The notes beneath the pieces were generated by a model. It was not told the origin of the DNA and ran no database searches. It saw nothing but the letters and a program-made list of their open reading frames with translations. A stretch of 56,805 nucleotides of DNA from a bacterium (GTDB lineage: Bacteria; Patescibacteriota; Minisyncoccia; Phycocordibacterales; UBA5272), in contig JAYVAE010000040.1 of the NCBI GenBank assembly GCA_043751115.1, positions 1-56,805 of the forward strand, written 5' to 3'. Shown piece after piece: positions 26,550 through 35,295 of the stretch. Position 1 is the stretch's first letter. Each line of letters begins with the position of its first letter. The position numbers were made by a program, and so were the translations under genes.

Positions 26550-28361
26550 ATGGGACTATTTGATTTTTTAGGAGGTAAGAAAGAAGGGGAGGATAAGGGT
26601 GTGCCCCTTCTTCCTGATCAAATATATAAAGCGGCAGAGTTAAAGCTCAAAGATCTCCTTGCGCCATCAGCGCTTGGAGTACAGTCAAAGCTTTTAAATT
26701 TAGGCGATGTGGTTGTTCGATCTTATTTTATAGTTTCATACCCGGCCTACCTTTCTGATAGCTGGCTCAGCCCCATCATCAACCTCGATAAAGTTTTTGA
26801 CGTGTCCATACACATAACTCCCCTTGAAACAGGCAAGATAATGAAAGATTTTCAAAGAAAGGTAGCTGAGGTGGAGAGTCAAATAATACAAAGAGAGCAG
26901 GAGGGTATGGTGCGTGATCCAAGTCTTGATGTTGCGTATGAGGATTTGGAAGGGCTACGTGACGAACTGATACAAGCTCAAGAAAAAATGTTTGATGTTG
27001 GACTTTATCTTAGCCTTTATGGCAAAGACGAAGAAGAGGTGAGAAAAGCTGAAAGTGAAGTGAAATCAATACTCGACAGTAAGCTTATTTATATGAAGCC
27101 AGCACTTTTCCAGCAAGAAGAAGGATTTAAGACTGTCATACCAACGCTAACTGATGAAATTAAAATTGTTCATAAGTTTAATACTTCTCCACTCTCTTCT
27201 TTCTTTCCCTTTGTTTCCTCAGACCTTTCTTCCAATAGTGGCATACTTTACGGCTTAAATAGACACAATGGAAGTCTGGTGCTTTTTGATCGATTTTCAC
27301 TTGAAAATTATAATTCTATCATCTTTGCAAAGTCTGGTTCTGGCAAAAGTTATACCACCAAACTCGAAATACTCCGCTCGCTGATGTTTGATACAGAAGT
27401 TATTATTATTGATCCAGAAAGAGAGTATGAATATCTGGCTGAGTCAGTAGGGGGGAGATACTTTAATATAAGTTTGGTGAGTGAACATCATATAAACCCT
27501 TTTGAATTACCAAATCCGACAGAAGATGAATCTCCATCTGAAGTGCTACGCGCCAATATCGTCAACCTCGTGGGACTATTCCGCGTGATGCTTGGCGGGC
27601 TTACTCCTGAAGAAGACGCCCTCGTTGATAGGGCTATTGCTGAGACCTACGCCCTTAAAGATATTAACGGTGACACTGACTTTACTAATCTCGAACCACC
27701 TCTTTTGTCTGATTTCGAGACCGTACTCGCTGGTATGGAGGGGACAGAAAAGGTTTTAGCAAAGCTCTCAAAATATACCAAAGGCTCTTGGTCTGGATTT
27801 CTCAATCAAGCGTCCAATGTCGATATTGAAAAGAAGCTTGTCTGCTTTTCAATACGAGACATGGAAGACGAGCTCAAGCCGGTTGCCATGTACATGATAA
27901 CTCACTATATTTGGAATGCTATTAGAAAAAATATTAGAAAAAGAATACTCGTTGTCGACGAAGCGTGGATCATGATGAAAAATGATGATACAGCCTCTTT
28001 CCTCTTTGGACTGGCAAAACGCGGAAGAAAATACTATCTTGGGCTTACGACAATAACGCAAGACGTGGGAGATTTTCTCCGCTCTCCTTATGGCCTTCCT
28101 ATTATTACCAACTCTTCTATACAACTATTACTCAAGCAGTCGCCTTCTTCCATAGACCAAGTACAAAAAACTTTCAATTTAACTGATGAAGAAAAATTCA
28201 TGTTACTTGAGTCAGGAGTGGGGGAGGGAATATTCTTTGCTGGACTCAAACACGTCGCAATAAAGGTTGTCGCGTCCTATACAGAAGACCAGATAATCAC
28301 CAGCGACCCTTCACAAATACTAGCGATTAAGAAAATGAAAAAAGAAAATGCAAGCGCTTAA
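26550..28361 (+). CDS. VirB4/TrbE/PrgJ-type T4SS ATPase (C-terminal motor part)
   Basis: Walker A FAKSGSGKSYTTK, Walker B RILVVDEAWIMM, GLTTITQD, and a KQS motif near the C-terminus. The ATG at 26550 (MGLFDFLGG) is preferred over the alternative (non-ATG) start at 26505 used by the ORF track. Confidence 0.8.
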   Translation: MGLFDFLGGKKEGEDKGVPLLPDQIYKAAELKLKDLLAPSALGVQSKLLNLGDVVVRSYFIVSYPAYLSDSWLSPIINLDKVFDVSIHITPLETGKIMKDFQRKVAEVESQIIQREQEGMVRDPSLDVAYEDLEGLRDELIQAQEKMFDVGLYLSLYGKDEEEVRKAESEVKSILDSKLIYMKPALFQQEEGFKTVIPTLTDEIKIVHKFNTSPLSSFFPFVSSDLSSNSGILYGLNRHNGSLVLFDRFSLENYNSIIFAKSGSGKSYTTKLEILRSLMFDTEVIIIDPEREYEYLAESVGGRYFNISLVSEHHINPFELPNPTEDESPSEVLRANIVNLVGLFRVMLGGLTPEEDALVDRAIAETYALKDINGDTDFTNLEPPLLSDFETVLAGMEGTEKVLAKLSKYTKGSWSGFLNQASNVDIEKKLVCFSIRDMEDELKPVAMYMITHYIWNAIRKNIRKRILVVDEAWIMMKNDDTASFLFGLAKRGRKYYLGLTTITQDVGDFLRSPYGLPIITNSSIQLLLKQSPSSIDQVQKTFNLTDEEKFMLLESGVGEGIFFAGLKHVAIKVVASYTEDQIITSDPSQILAIKKMKKENASA

Positions 28362-29346
28362 TCAACAAAAACTCTTTATAAAAAAAATTTTTTTCTTTTC
28401 ATTATTTTTAATTACTTTTCCTTATGCTTCAGCGCAAGTACGGCTCGATGGGCAAATTGATTTCACCCCAGCAAATCCGAAACCATACGAAACTATTAAG
28501 GTTACTCTAAAAAGTTATTCTTTTGATGTGAACTCTGCAAGTATTTCATGGTATGTTAACAAAGTCCTTGTAGAGAAGGGTGTGGGGGCAAAAAGCTTTT
28601 CTATTGATCTTGGGCCTGCAAATAAAACCTATTTTATTGGCGTAGATGTGGTGAGCGCGGAGGGTCAGTCCTTCCAGGACTCAATTGATATTACACCGCA
28701 CTTTACACCATTACTCACAGAAGGTGCTGAGGGGTATGTTCCGCCGTTTTACGAAGGGCGCGCGCTGTATGGTGAAAGCGCAAAGGTGCGCGTGGTTGCT
28801 TTTCCTATACTTACCGAAGGAGGGGTGTCAATAGGAAAGAAAAAACTCGTTTATCGCTGGTCAGTCAATACTATTCCCTTTCCTGATGCTGGTGGATATG
28901 GAAAAAACGTTTTTATTGTTCGCCAAGATGAGCTCGAGGAGCAAAACAATGTTGATGTGACAGTAACTTCACTTTCAAAAAATAGCTCTCTTGTGGAGAG
29001 GGTATCACTTCGCCCCTATGATATTGAGCCGCTCTTTTACGAATACGATTCCCTTTACGGTGTTAACTTACATAAAGCACATGAAGGTATTCTTTCCATT
29101 TCGAGGCCAACAAAAATTTATTATGCCCCCTACAACTTTGCTTACAGTAAAAGCACCAGCTTTTTTAATTGGTCTTTAAATGGATTACCTATTACCGCGG
29201 ATACAGATTTTTTAGTTAATCTCATTCCTAAAGAAAATAGTATAGGAGTAAGCACGCTTGGTATAACAGCACAGCATACGACAAAGTTGCTTCAGGCGCT
29301 TGATTCTAAGCTCAGTATCAGTTTTGATACAACAAAAAATGAATAA
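28348..29346 (+). CDS. Hypothetical secreted beta-rich protein of the T4SS-like module
   Basis: Signal peptide ...FPYASAQV. Overlaps the VirB4 stop by 14 nt. No family recognised. Confidence 0.6.
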   Translation: MQALNQQKLFIKKIFFFSLFLITFPYASAQVRLDGQIDFTPANPKPYETIKVTLKSYSFDVNSASISWYVNKVLVEKGVGAKSFSIDLGPANKTYFIGVDVVSAEGQSFQDSIDITPHFTPLLTEGAEGYVPPFYEGRALYGESAKVRVVAFPILTEGGVSIGKKKLVYRWSVNTIPFPDAGGYGKNVFIVRQDELEEQNNVDVTVTSLSKNSSLVERVSLRPYDIEPLFYEYDSLYGVNLHKAHEGILSISRPTKIYYAPYNFAYSKSTSFFNWSLNGLPITADTDFLVNLIPKENSIGVSTLGITAQHTTKLLQALDSKLSISFDTTKNE

Positions 29347-30169
29347 ACCTACAGACATTTACTTAACAGAAGAGGTTGGGCAATTTGCTAAAAAGAATCC
29401 AAATTTTAACATAACAGATTTGCAAAATGAGGCTGTCTTTTTTATCATTGGCGTGCTTTTTGTTTTTGCGGCTTACACACTTGCTAAGGCAGGGCTCACC
29501 AAAATGTGGTCAGCAAGTATCGGCTCTCACGCAGAAAGTAATGAAAAAATTAAAGCTTTTGGAGTGTCACTCGTTGTTATAGTAGTAACAATGAGTTTAC
29601 TTTCTTATCTTGGAGTTTTTTCTTCTGACTATTCTTTAAAGCCACTTTCATCGTCTCCCTCATCGCAACCGTCTCTCGGAACGGTTCCAACGCCGGCCCA
29701 CGCTCCCACTGGTTTCAGTGATCAAAATCTCGTAGCCATGCTTGAAACGGAGGCAAAAAATAGAGAGTTTTTAGAAAGTTTTCAAGGTATACAAATAAAC
29801 AAAAAGGCTTGTACTGCTATTGGTCAGACTAATTGTACCTCCGTCGGAGGTATGGGTGCAGGCACACTCGCCATGCTTGAGTCCTTAAAAAGAGTGTGTA
29901 CTTGTAACTTTGTTATAACTGGCGGCACGGAGTGGTGGACACATTCCATAGCGACTCGTCACCGCCCGGGTCAATCAACAGCGGTTGATCTTTCATTTGG
30001 AAATAAAAACTCTGGCGTGAGTAAATTTATTTACGAGTCACCTCTCTTTAAAGGGTCTGATAAGGTGTGGCCCAGATGTTATACCGCTTTTATCTGGTCA
30101 GGATTTTACTTTTGTGATGAAAAAGATAACGGCTCTCAGCCGAGACATTGGCATATACAGCCACTCTAG
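29339..30169 (+). CDS. Two-TM hairpin + S/P linker + putative LAS/M15-like Zn peptidase domain
   Basis: ATG at 29339. Two TM segments (AVFFIIGVLFVFAAYTLA and FGVSLVVIVVTMSLLSYLGVF), a linker SSSPSSQPSLGTVPTPAHAPT, and C-terminal motifs H-x8-D (HRPGQSTAVD) and HWH. Confidence 0.4.
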   Translation: MNKPTDIYLTEEVGQFAKKNPNFNITDLQNEAVFFIIGVLFVFAAYTLAKAGLTKMWSASIGSHAESNEKIKAFGVSLVVIVVTMSLLSYLGVFSSDYSLKPLSSSPSSQPSLGTVPTPAHAPTGFSDQNLVAMLETEAKNREFLESFQGIQINKKACTAIGQTNCTSVGGMGAGTLAMLESLKRVCTCNFVITGGTEWWTHSIATRHRPGQSTAVDLSFGNKNSGVSKFIYESPLFKGSDKVWPRCYTAFIWSGFYFCDEKDNGSQPRHWHIQPL

Positions 30170-30196
30170 TTTTTCTTTTGCTATACTCATAGTTAT

Positions 30197-31489
30197 ATGA
30201 AGAAATTCTTTTATTTCCTTGTTATTCTTCTCGTACTCTCACTTCTCTTTTTTCTCTACTGGTATTTCTCATTTCGAGGTGTTGTGCCAAAAATTCCGTT
30301 TCTTCCGGATAACCCTTTTGGGCTTTTCACAAATGACGTGCAGGGTGGTGGAGGTAATAATGTTAAGGGTGGTAGTGGTGGTAGAAATGATGATGGAGAC
30401 AACAACGGAACAAGCACTATCTCCTACAATGATGAAAAGCTTTTTGAGCTTGTTTCAAAAGAACCAACCGCTGGTTACTCTTTTTCAGACTTCGTAACCG
30501 TTACGTATGGATCCTCTACCGAATCAGGTAAAAAAACTTTTGCTACAACTACTGCCATTTTATATGTCGACAGAGGAACTGGTCACATTTATAAAAAGTT
30601 TATTTTTAGGGGAGGGAAGCCTCAAAAGCTTACCAATACAACTGTTCCTGGAGTATACGACGCTTACTTCTTTGCAAATAATACAAAAGTTCTTATGCGT
30701 TATCTCCGTGAATCCGACAACACAGTTATTTCTTTATACGCTACGCTTCCACCGCTCTCAAGCTCGCTCACACTACCATTACGAGAAACAGTACGTCTTC
30801 CAGAAAATATGGTGAGTGTTGCTGTCTCTCCGAGAACAAGTGATATATATTATCTCGTCAAAACGTCTTCTGGTAGTACCCTTTACCGTATTGGGCCAAA
30901 AGGGGATGAGAAGGTTCGCGATTATGATCTCTCTGAACTATTTCTCACTTTTAACAAAGACGAGCTCATCATTTCGCAAAAGCCTTCCGCTTTTGAAAAA
31001 ACATATTTCTTTAGCGAAAATGAGCTCAGTCTTTATGGGGGAAGAACGGGTCAAAGGGCACTCTTCTCTCAGGTAAATAAAGGTGTTTTCCTTTATTCAG
31101 TGTGGACTGAGTCTGGACTTCAACTTCTCTCGAGTAATCTTTCAGGTCAAAAACCTCATGCTTATGATACTCAAACACTGTCCGATAAATGTGTTTCTTC
31201 TCTTGTCGGTAGTTATTTCTTTTGTTTTGTTCCTAATATTTTACCACTCATTCCTTTTGGGCTTCCTGACGATTGGTATAAGGGGAGAGTCTCTTTCAAT
31301 GACTCTCTCATTGTTCTGGACACCGTAAAGTATGAGGAAGGGGTGCTCTCAAGACTAGAAACTGACATTGGTAGTGAATTCGATACCTTTAAACCACTCA
31401 TGAGTAGTCGTGACACTTATCTCGCTTTTTCAAATAAAATAAATAATGAGCTTTGGGTTGCCCAGCTACAAAAAATAATAGCAAGATAA
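30197..31489 (+). CDS. Hypothetical membrane-anchored protein with Gly-rich spacer
   Basis: N-terminal TM segment FFYFLVILLVLSLLFFLYWYF, then GGGGNNVKGGSGGRNDDGDNNG, then a beta-rich domain of about 340 aa. No family recognised. Confidence 0.6.
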   Translation: MKKFFYFLVILLVLSLLFFLYWYFSFRGVVPKIPFLPDNPFGLFTNDVQGGGGNNVKGGSGGRNDDGDNNGTSTISYNDEKLFELVSKEPTAGYSFSDFVTVTYGSSTESGKKTFATTTAILYVDRGTGHIYKKFIFRGGKPQKLTNTTVPGVYDAYFFANNTKVLMRYLRESDNTVISLYATLPPLSSSLTLPLRETVRLPENMVSVAVSPRTSDIYYLVKTSSGSTLYRIGPKGDEKVRDYDLSELFLTFNKDELIISQKPSAFEKTYFFSENELSLYGGRTGQRALFSQVNKGVFLYSVWTESGLQLLSSNLSGQKPHAYDTQTLSDKCVSSLVGSYFFCFVPNILPLIPFGLPDDWYKGRVSFNDSLIVLDTVKYEEGVLSRLETDIGSEFDTFKPLMSSRDTYLAFSNKINNELWVAQLQKIIAR

Positions 31490-31492
31490 TAT

Positions 31493-32482
31493 ATGGACCC
31501 AACATATTTAATAAATCAAGACAGTCCTCAAGTTTTCGGTATTAGTGGTACAGCAAAATTATCAGAGCTGGCGAACACTGGTTGGACATTTGGTGTTTCT
31601 CTTCTTTTCTTAGCTCTTTTTGTTGCTCTCGTGTGGTCATCTATAGGCATGATACACGCCTCATCAACGGGAAACTTTCATAGTCATTCAAATTATAAGG
31701 AGCTTCTCAGAAAAGTTGTTTACTCAATAATTGCAGTTCTCTTTGTTTCAGTTTTCATATTTTTTGTCATGAAGGGGTTTGAATTTCTTGATTTCGATAA
31801 TAAATCAACTCAAAATACTGGTGCAACGGTCTTAACTCCATCAACTACACCAAACCCAAGTGTGGGGAAAGGAAGACATGGAACAGCAACTCCTACCTGC
31901 ATCCATCCACAGCTGTATAAAGATACTCTTAGAGAAATGGGTGACGGCTTATGTGGTGGAACATTTTGTAAAGGTTTGTGTAATTTTAAGGCTGATATAA
32001 AACAAATCGCAGTAAGTGAAGCGCGCTCCGCTGGTGTTGATCCAAGCATTATCTTAGCTCTCATTTGCCGTGAGTCATCTGGCAATCCTGAGGCAAAAGG
32101 AGTTCACGCTAACAATGGTAATCCTGACTGCGGATTAATGCAAATAAATAGTCAAAGCTGTACAGCAGATATAATGGACCCGACAAACAACGTTCGGGCT
32201 GGTATACAGCTTTATAAGGCAAAACTTGCATCGGTATCTTCATACTCCTATGCAGGGACTAATAAGCCAACACTCGCATTCGCAGCATACAATTGTTGCG
32301 CAAATGGTGATAATCCTAACAGTAAGAGTGCGGATTGTAATCTTGGTACTGGATGGTCTATGGACTTACCTAAATGGGCTTGCCCAATAAACCCTGGAAC
32401 AGGATCCTTTAATATGTGTGCGGTTAAAAACTATACCTGTGACGTGACTGCCTGTGCCAGAGAATATGCCAAAGGTCTATAG
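31493..32482 (+). CDS. Two-TM hairpin + soluble lytic transglycosylase (SLT, VirB1-like) domain
   Basis: Two TM segments (FGVSLLFLALFVALVWSSIGMI and VVYSIIAVLFVSVFIFFVM). SLT motifs ICRESSGNP (catalytic E-S), GLMQIN and AAYNCCANG. Many Cys in the C-terminal half. Confidence 0.75.
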   Translation: MDPTYLINQDSPQVFGISGTAKLSELANTGWTFGVSLLFLALFVALVWSSIGMIHASSTGNFHSHSNYKELLRKVVYSIIAVLFVSVFIFFVMKGFEFLDFDNKSTQNTGATVLTPSTTPNPSVGKGRHGTATPTCIHPQLYKDTLREMGDGLCGGTFCKGLCNFKADIKQIAVSEARSAGVDPSIILALICRESSGNPEAKGVHANNGNPDCGLMQINSQSCTADIMDPTNNVRAGIQLYKAKLASVSSYSYAGTNKPTLAFAAYNCCANGDNPNSKSADCNLGTGWSMDLPKWACPINPGTGSFNMCAVKNYTCDVTACAREYAKGL

Positions 32483-32528
32483 ATTTATAAACTGGAGTTA
32501 AAAAGTCTTACTTGGTGACTCTACAAAA

Positions 32529-33236
32529 CTATTTCAATTTTATAATGTGCTTACTCACAAGCACCGCCTGAAACGCGCCGAGTAAATTACTGGTTATCCA
32601 GTAAACACCGATTGCCGCAGGGAAAAATGCTGCCGTTGCCCCAGTAATGACCGGAAAAACATAGAGCATTTGCTTTTTGAGCATGTCATTAAACTGTCCC
32701 GAAAACGACCCTAAATCTTCTTTAGCAACAATCATTTTTGCCGTCTGTATTTTAGCGAGTAAGAAATAACTAAGCCCCGTAAGAATACCAATGGTTATAT
32801 ATTTTTTACTGACATCAAAAAACCCGAGTGCTAAATTGCTAACTCTTTCTGGATAAACAATAAAGGAGTAGAGATGTTCTGGGTTATTGTTAATTCCTTT
32901 TGAGAAGATGAGATAGAGTGCAATGAAAATAGGGATTTGAAGTATGATACCAAATATACTAGAGAAGGGTTTGATGTTTTCTCTTTTATATACTTCCATC
33001 GTTTTTAGAGCAAGCTCCTTCTGATCCTTGTGCTTCTCCTTAAGTCCCTTAACTTCTTTCTCAACCTTCTTCATTTTATGCTGCGTCACCATTGATGATT
33101 TATAGAGTGGATACAGTAAAATTTTAACAAGTACAGTGAGGAGCATAATAGAAACCCCAATATCACCATGAGGGGTGACGTGTAAAAATAACACGAGTAT
33201 GTTGTAAAGTGGCTCGTAGAAAAAAGTATCAAACAT
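32529..33236 (-). CDS. yidC: Membrane protein insertase YidC (short form)
   Basis: 235 aa and polytopic, with a lysine-rich cytoplasmic loop. Conserved position downstream of rnpA. Confidence 0.85.
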   Translation of the reverse strand: MFDTFFYEPLYNILVLFLHVTPHGDIGVSIMLLTVLVKILLYPLYKSSMVTQHKMKKVEKEVKGLKEKHKDQKELALKTMEVYKRENIKPFSSIFGIILQIPIFIALYLIFSKGINNNPEHLYSFIVYPERVSNLALGFFDVSKKYITIGILTGLSYFLLAKIQTAKMIVAKEDLGSFSGQFNDMLKKQMLYVFPVITGATAAFFPAAIGVYWITSNLLGAFQAVLVSKHIIKLK

Positions 33237-33245
33237 ATTTTTGTT

Positions 33246-33596
33246 TTATAAATTACTAAGTATTTCTTTTCTAATTTCTTCTAGCTTTCCCACTAAGATA
33301 TTTTTTTTAGGATAAATAAGCGCTCCATGCAGTTTTTTGTCGCTTTTAGTATCACTATTTTTACTACTTTTATCATTTTTCCGTTCTAAAATCTCATCTT
33401 GTAGTATACCGTATACTAACCTCTTTACTTTACTCCGATCCACCGCTCTTTTAAAGGTTTTAGCACTGATTATGCAAGAAAACTTTTCTTTATAATTTTC
33501 TAACCTTTTAATATCAAGGTATACGCCCCTTACTAAAGAAAAATGCCTCACATCTTTGAACTCTTTTGAAGTGAAGCGATTTTCTTTTGCGAGCAT
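33246..33596 (-). CDS. rnpA: Ribonuclease P protein component
   Basis: 116-aa basic protein starting 5 nt after the rpmH stop, within the conserved rpmH-rnpA-yidC order. Confidence 0.8.
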   Translation of the reverse strand: MLAKENRFTSKEFKDVRHFSLVRGVYLDIKRLENYKEKFSCIISAKTFKRAVDRSKVKRLVYGILQDEILERKNDKSSKNSDTKSDKKLHGALIYPKKNILVGKLEEIRKEILSNL

Positions 33597-33601
33597 GTTA
33601 T

Positions 33602-33736
33602 TTAAACTGATAATTTCTTTCTTCCGGAAGACCTTCTTCTTTGTATAATGTTTCTTCCAGACTTTGTCGCCATTCTCACAAGGAAACCGTGAGTTGTACC
33701 TCTCTTTTTTCTTTTTGGTTTATATGTTACGGACAT
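33602..33736 (-). CDS. rpmH: 50S ribosomal protein L34
   Basis: Not in the ORF track (44 aa). The minus strand translates to MSVTYKPKRKKRGTTHGFLVRMATKSGRNIIQRRRSSGRKKLSV, a clear L34 signature. Confidence 0.92.
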   Translation of the reverse strand: MSVTYKPKRKKRGTTHGFLVRMATKSGRNIIQRRRSSGRKKLSV

Positions 33737-33806
33737 GACACAATTCTACATATTTTTGAAGAAAAAGCAACTTTACTCTCTACCTTCTTCTCTATATACT
33801 AGCGCT

Positions 33807-35141
33807 ATGGATTATCAACAGCTATGGAATAGTGTTTTGTCTCAAATAGAGATTGAGTTGTCACGAGTTAACTATAATACCTGGTTCAAGAACACTCGCA
33901 TCGTCGACTACAAGGATGGGGAACTTTACATAGGTGTGCCGAATGAATTTGTTAAAGATTGGCTCTTTCAAAAATATCATAAATTCATTTTACGTATTTT
34001 AAGGACTGTACATGAAGGTGTTCGCTCTGTTTCCTTTGTTGTTGTGAAGCATGATCAGGTAAAAAAGAATGGTGTTGTGAGTACTCCGCATCAAACATTA
34101 CCACTTTCAGATCTTTATATCAATAAAGATGATGGACTTAATCCGAGATATACCTTTGAGAGTTTCATTATTGGACCATTTAATGATGTTGCTTTTGCAA
34201 CCAGCCAGGCTGTTATAAATAATCTGGGAGTACTTTACAATCCCTTTTTCATACATGGAAACACTGGTCTAGGAAAAACACATCTTATGCAGTCTATTGG
34301 TAATGCTGTTAAAAAGAAATATCCGGATAGAAAAGTTTTTTATACATCTCTTGAAAGATTCTATATGGAGATGGTAAACGCTATTAGTTTAAATAAAATA
34401 AATGCTTTTAAAGAAAAGTATAGAAAATACGACGTTTTTATTATGGATGATATACAGTTTATTAATGGTAAAGAAAAAACTCAAGATGAACTTTTCCATC
34501 TTTTTAACGCTCTCTATGAAAATAACAAGCAAATTGTTTTCTCTTCCGACAAGCATCCAAACTTTATTGTTGGACTCGAAGACAGACTACGTTCACGTTT
34601 TAATCATGGAATGATAGTAGACGTCACTGTTCCTAGTCTGGAGTCAAGGCTCGCAATTATTAAAGTAAAGGCGAGGGGTTATGAAGATAAAATAGGAGGG
34701 GATGTTCTTCAATATATAGCAGAGACAATACAAGGAAATATCAGAGAACTCGAAGGTATTGTTATCAGCCTTGTAGGGCAAGTGAGTGCTCGCCAAACTG
34801 TCATCACAATAAATGATGTAAAACTTTTGTTAAAAAATAATGTTAGGACTAAAAAATCTATTTCTATACCGGATGTAGTCAAACTGGTTGCTGACTATTA
34901 TCAAATTGCTGATTCTTTTATTTATAAAAAAACAAGAAGAAAAGATATAGTAAAGCCCAGGCAAATTATTATGTATATCCTTAGAGAGGATTTTGACATT
35001 TCTTATCCAATGATAGGGGATAAATTAGGGGGTAGGGATCACACGACAGTTATTCATTCCTATGAAAAAATAAAGAGGGAATTAAAAGAGGATCCACACC
35101 TTTCCAAGGAGATAGATGATGTTAGAGCTCTTCTTCTTTAG
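33807..35141 (+). CDS. dnaA: Chromosomal replication initiator DnaA
   Basis: Walker A GNTGLGKTHLMQ, Walker B VFIMDDIQF, and a C-terminal DNA-binding domain with GGRDHTTVIHSYEKI. The ATG at 33807 (MDYQQLWNSV) has a TATACT box at 33795-33800. The upstream ATG at 33735 overlaps the rpmH start and is rejected. Confidence 0.93.
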   Translation: MDYQQLWNSVLSQIEIELSRVNYNTWFKNTRIVDYKDGELYIGVPNEFVKDWLFQKYHKFILRILRTVHEGVRSVSFVVVKHDQVKKNGVVSTPHQTLPLSDLYINKDDGLNPRYTFESFIIGPFNDVAFATSQAVINNLGVLYNPFFIHGNTGLGKTHLMQSIGNAVKKKYPDRKVFYTSLERFYMEMVNAISLNKINAFKEKYRKYDVFIMDDIQFINGKEKTQDELFHLFNALYENNKQIVFSSDKHPNFIVGLEDRLRSRFNHGMIVDVTVPSLESRLAIIKVKARGYEDKIGGDVLQYIAETIQGNIRELEGIVISLVGQVSARQTVITINDVKLLLKNNVRTKKSISIPDVVKLVADYYQIADSFIYKKTRRKDIVKPRQIIMYILREDFDISYPMIGDKLGGRDHTTVIHSYEKIKRELKEDPHLSKEIDDVRALLL

Positions 35142-35223
35142 GGAGAAGTTTTTCTTAAAATAAACATTTCTTTGTAACCTCTAATTCTCTTCTGTCTTCT
35201 TCTCTTTCTATCCCATTTAGGGC

Positions 35224-35244
35224 TAAAGGCAATTCCTAGGTGCT
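35224..35244 (+). repeat. IS left terminal inverted repeat
   Basis: TAAAGGCAATTCCTAGGTGCT, the exact reverse complement of 36238-36258. Confidence 0.9.
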
Positions 35245-35295
35245 GAAAGTGCTAACATACATATATAGTACAAGCTGAATTAGCATATTTTTCAT

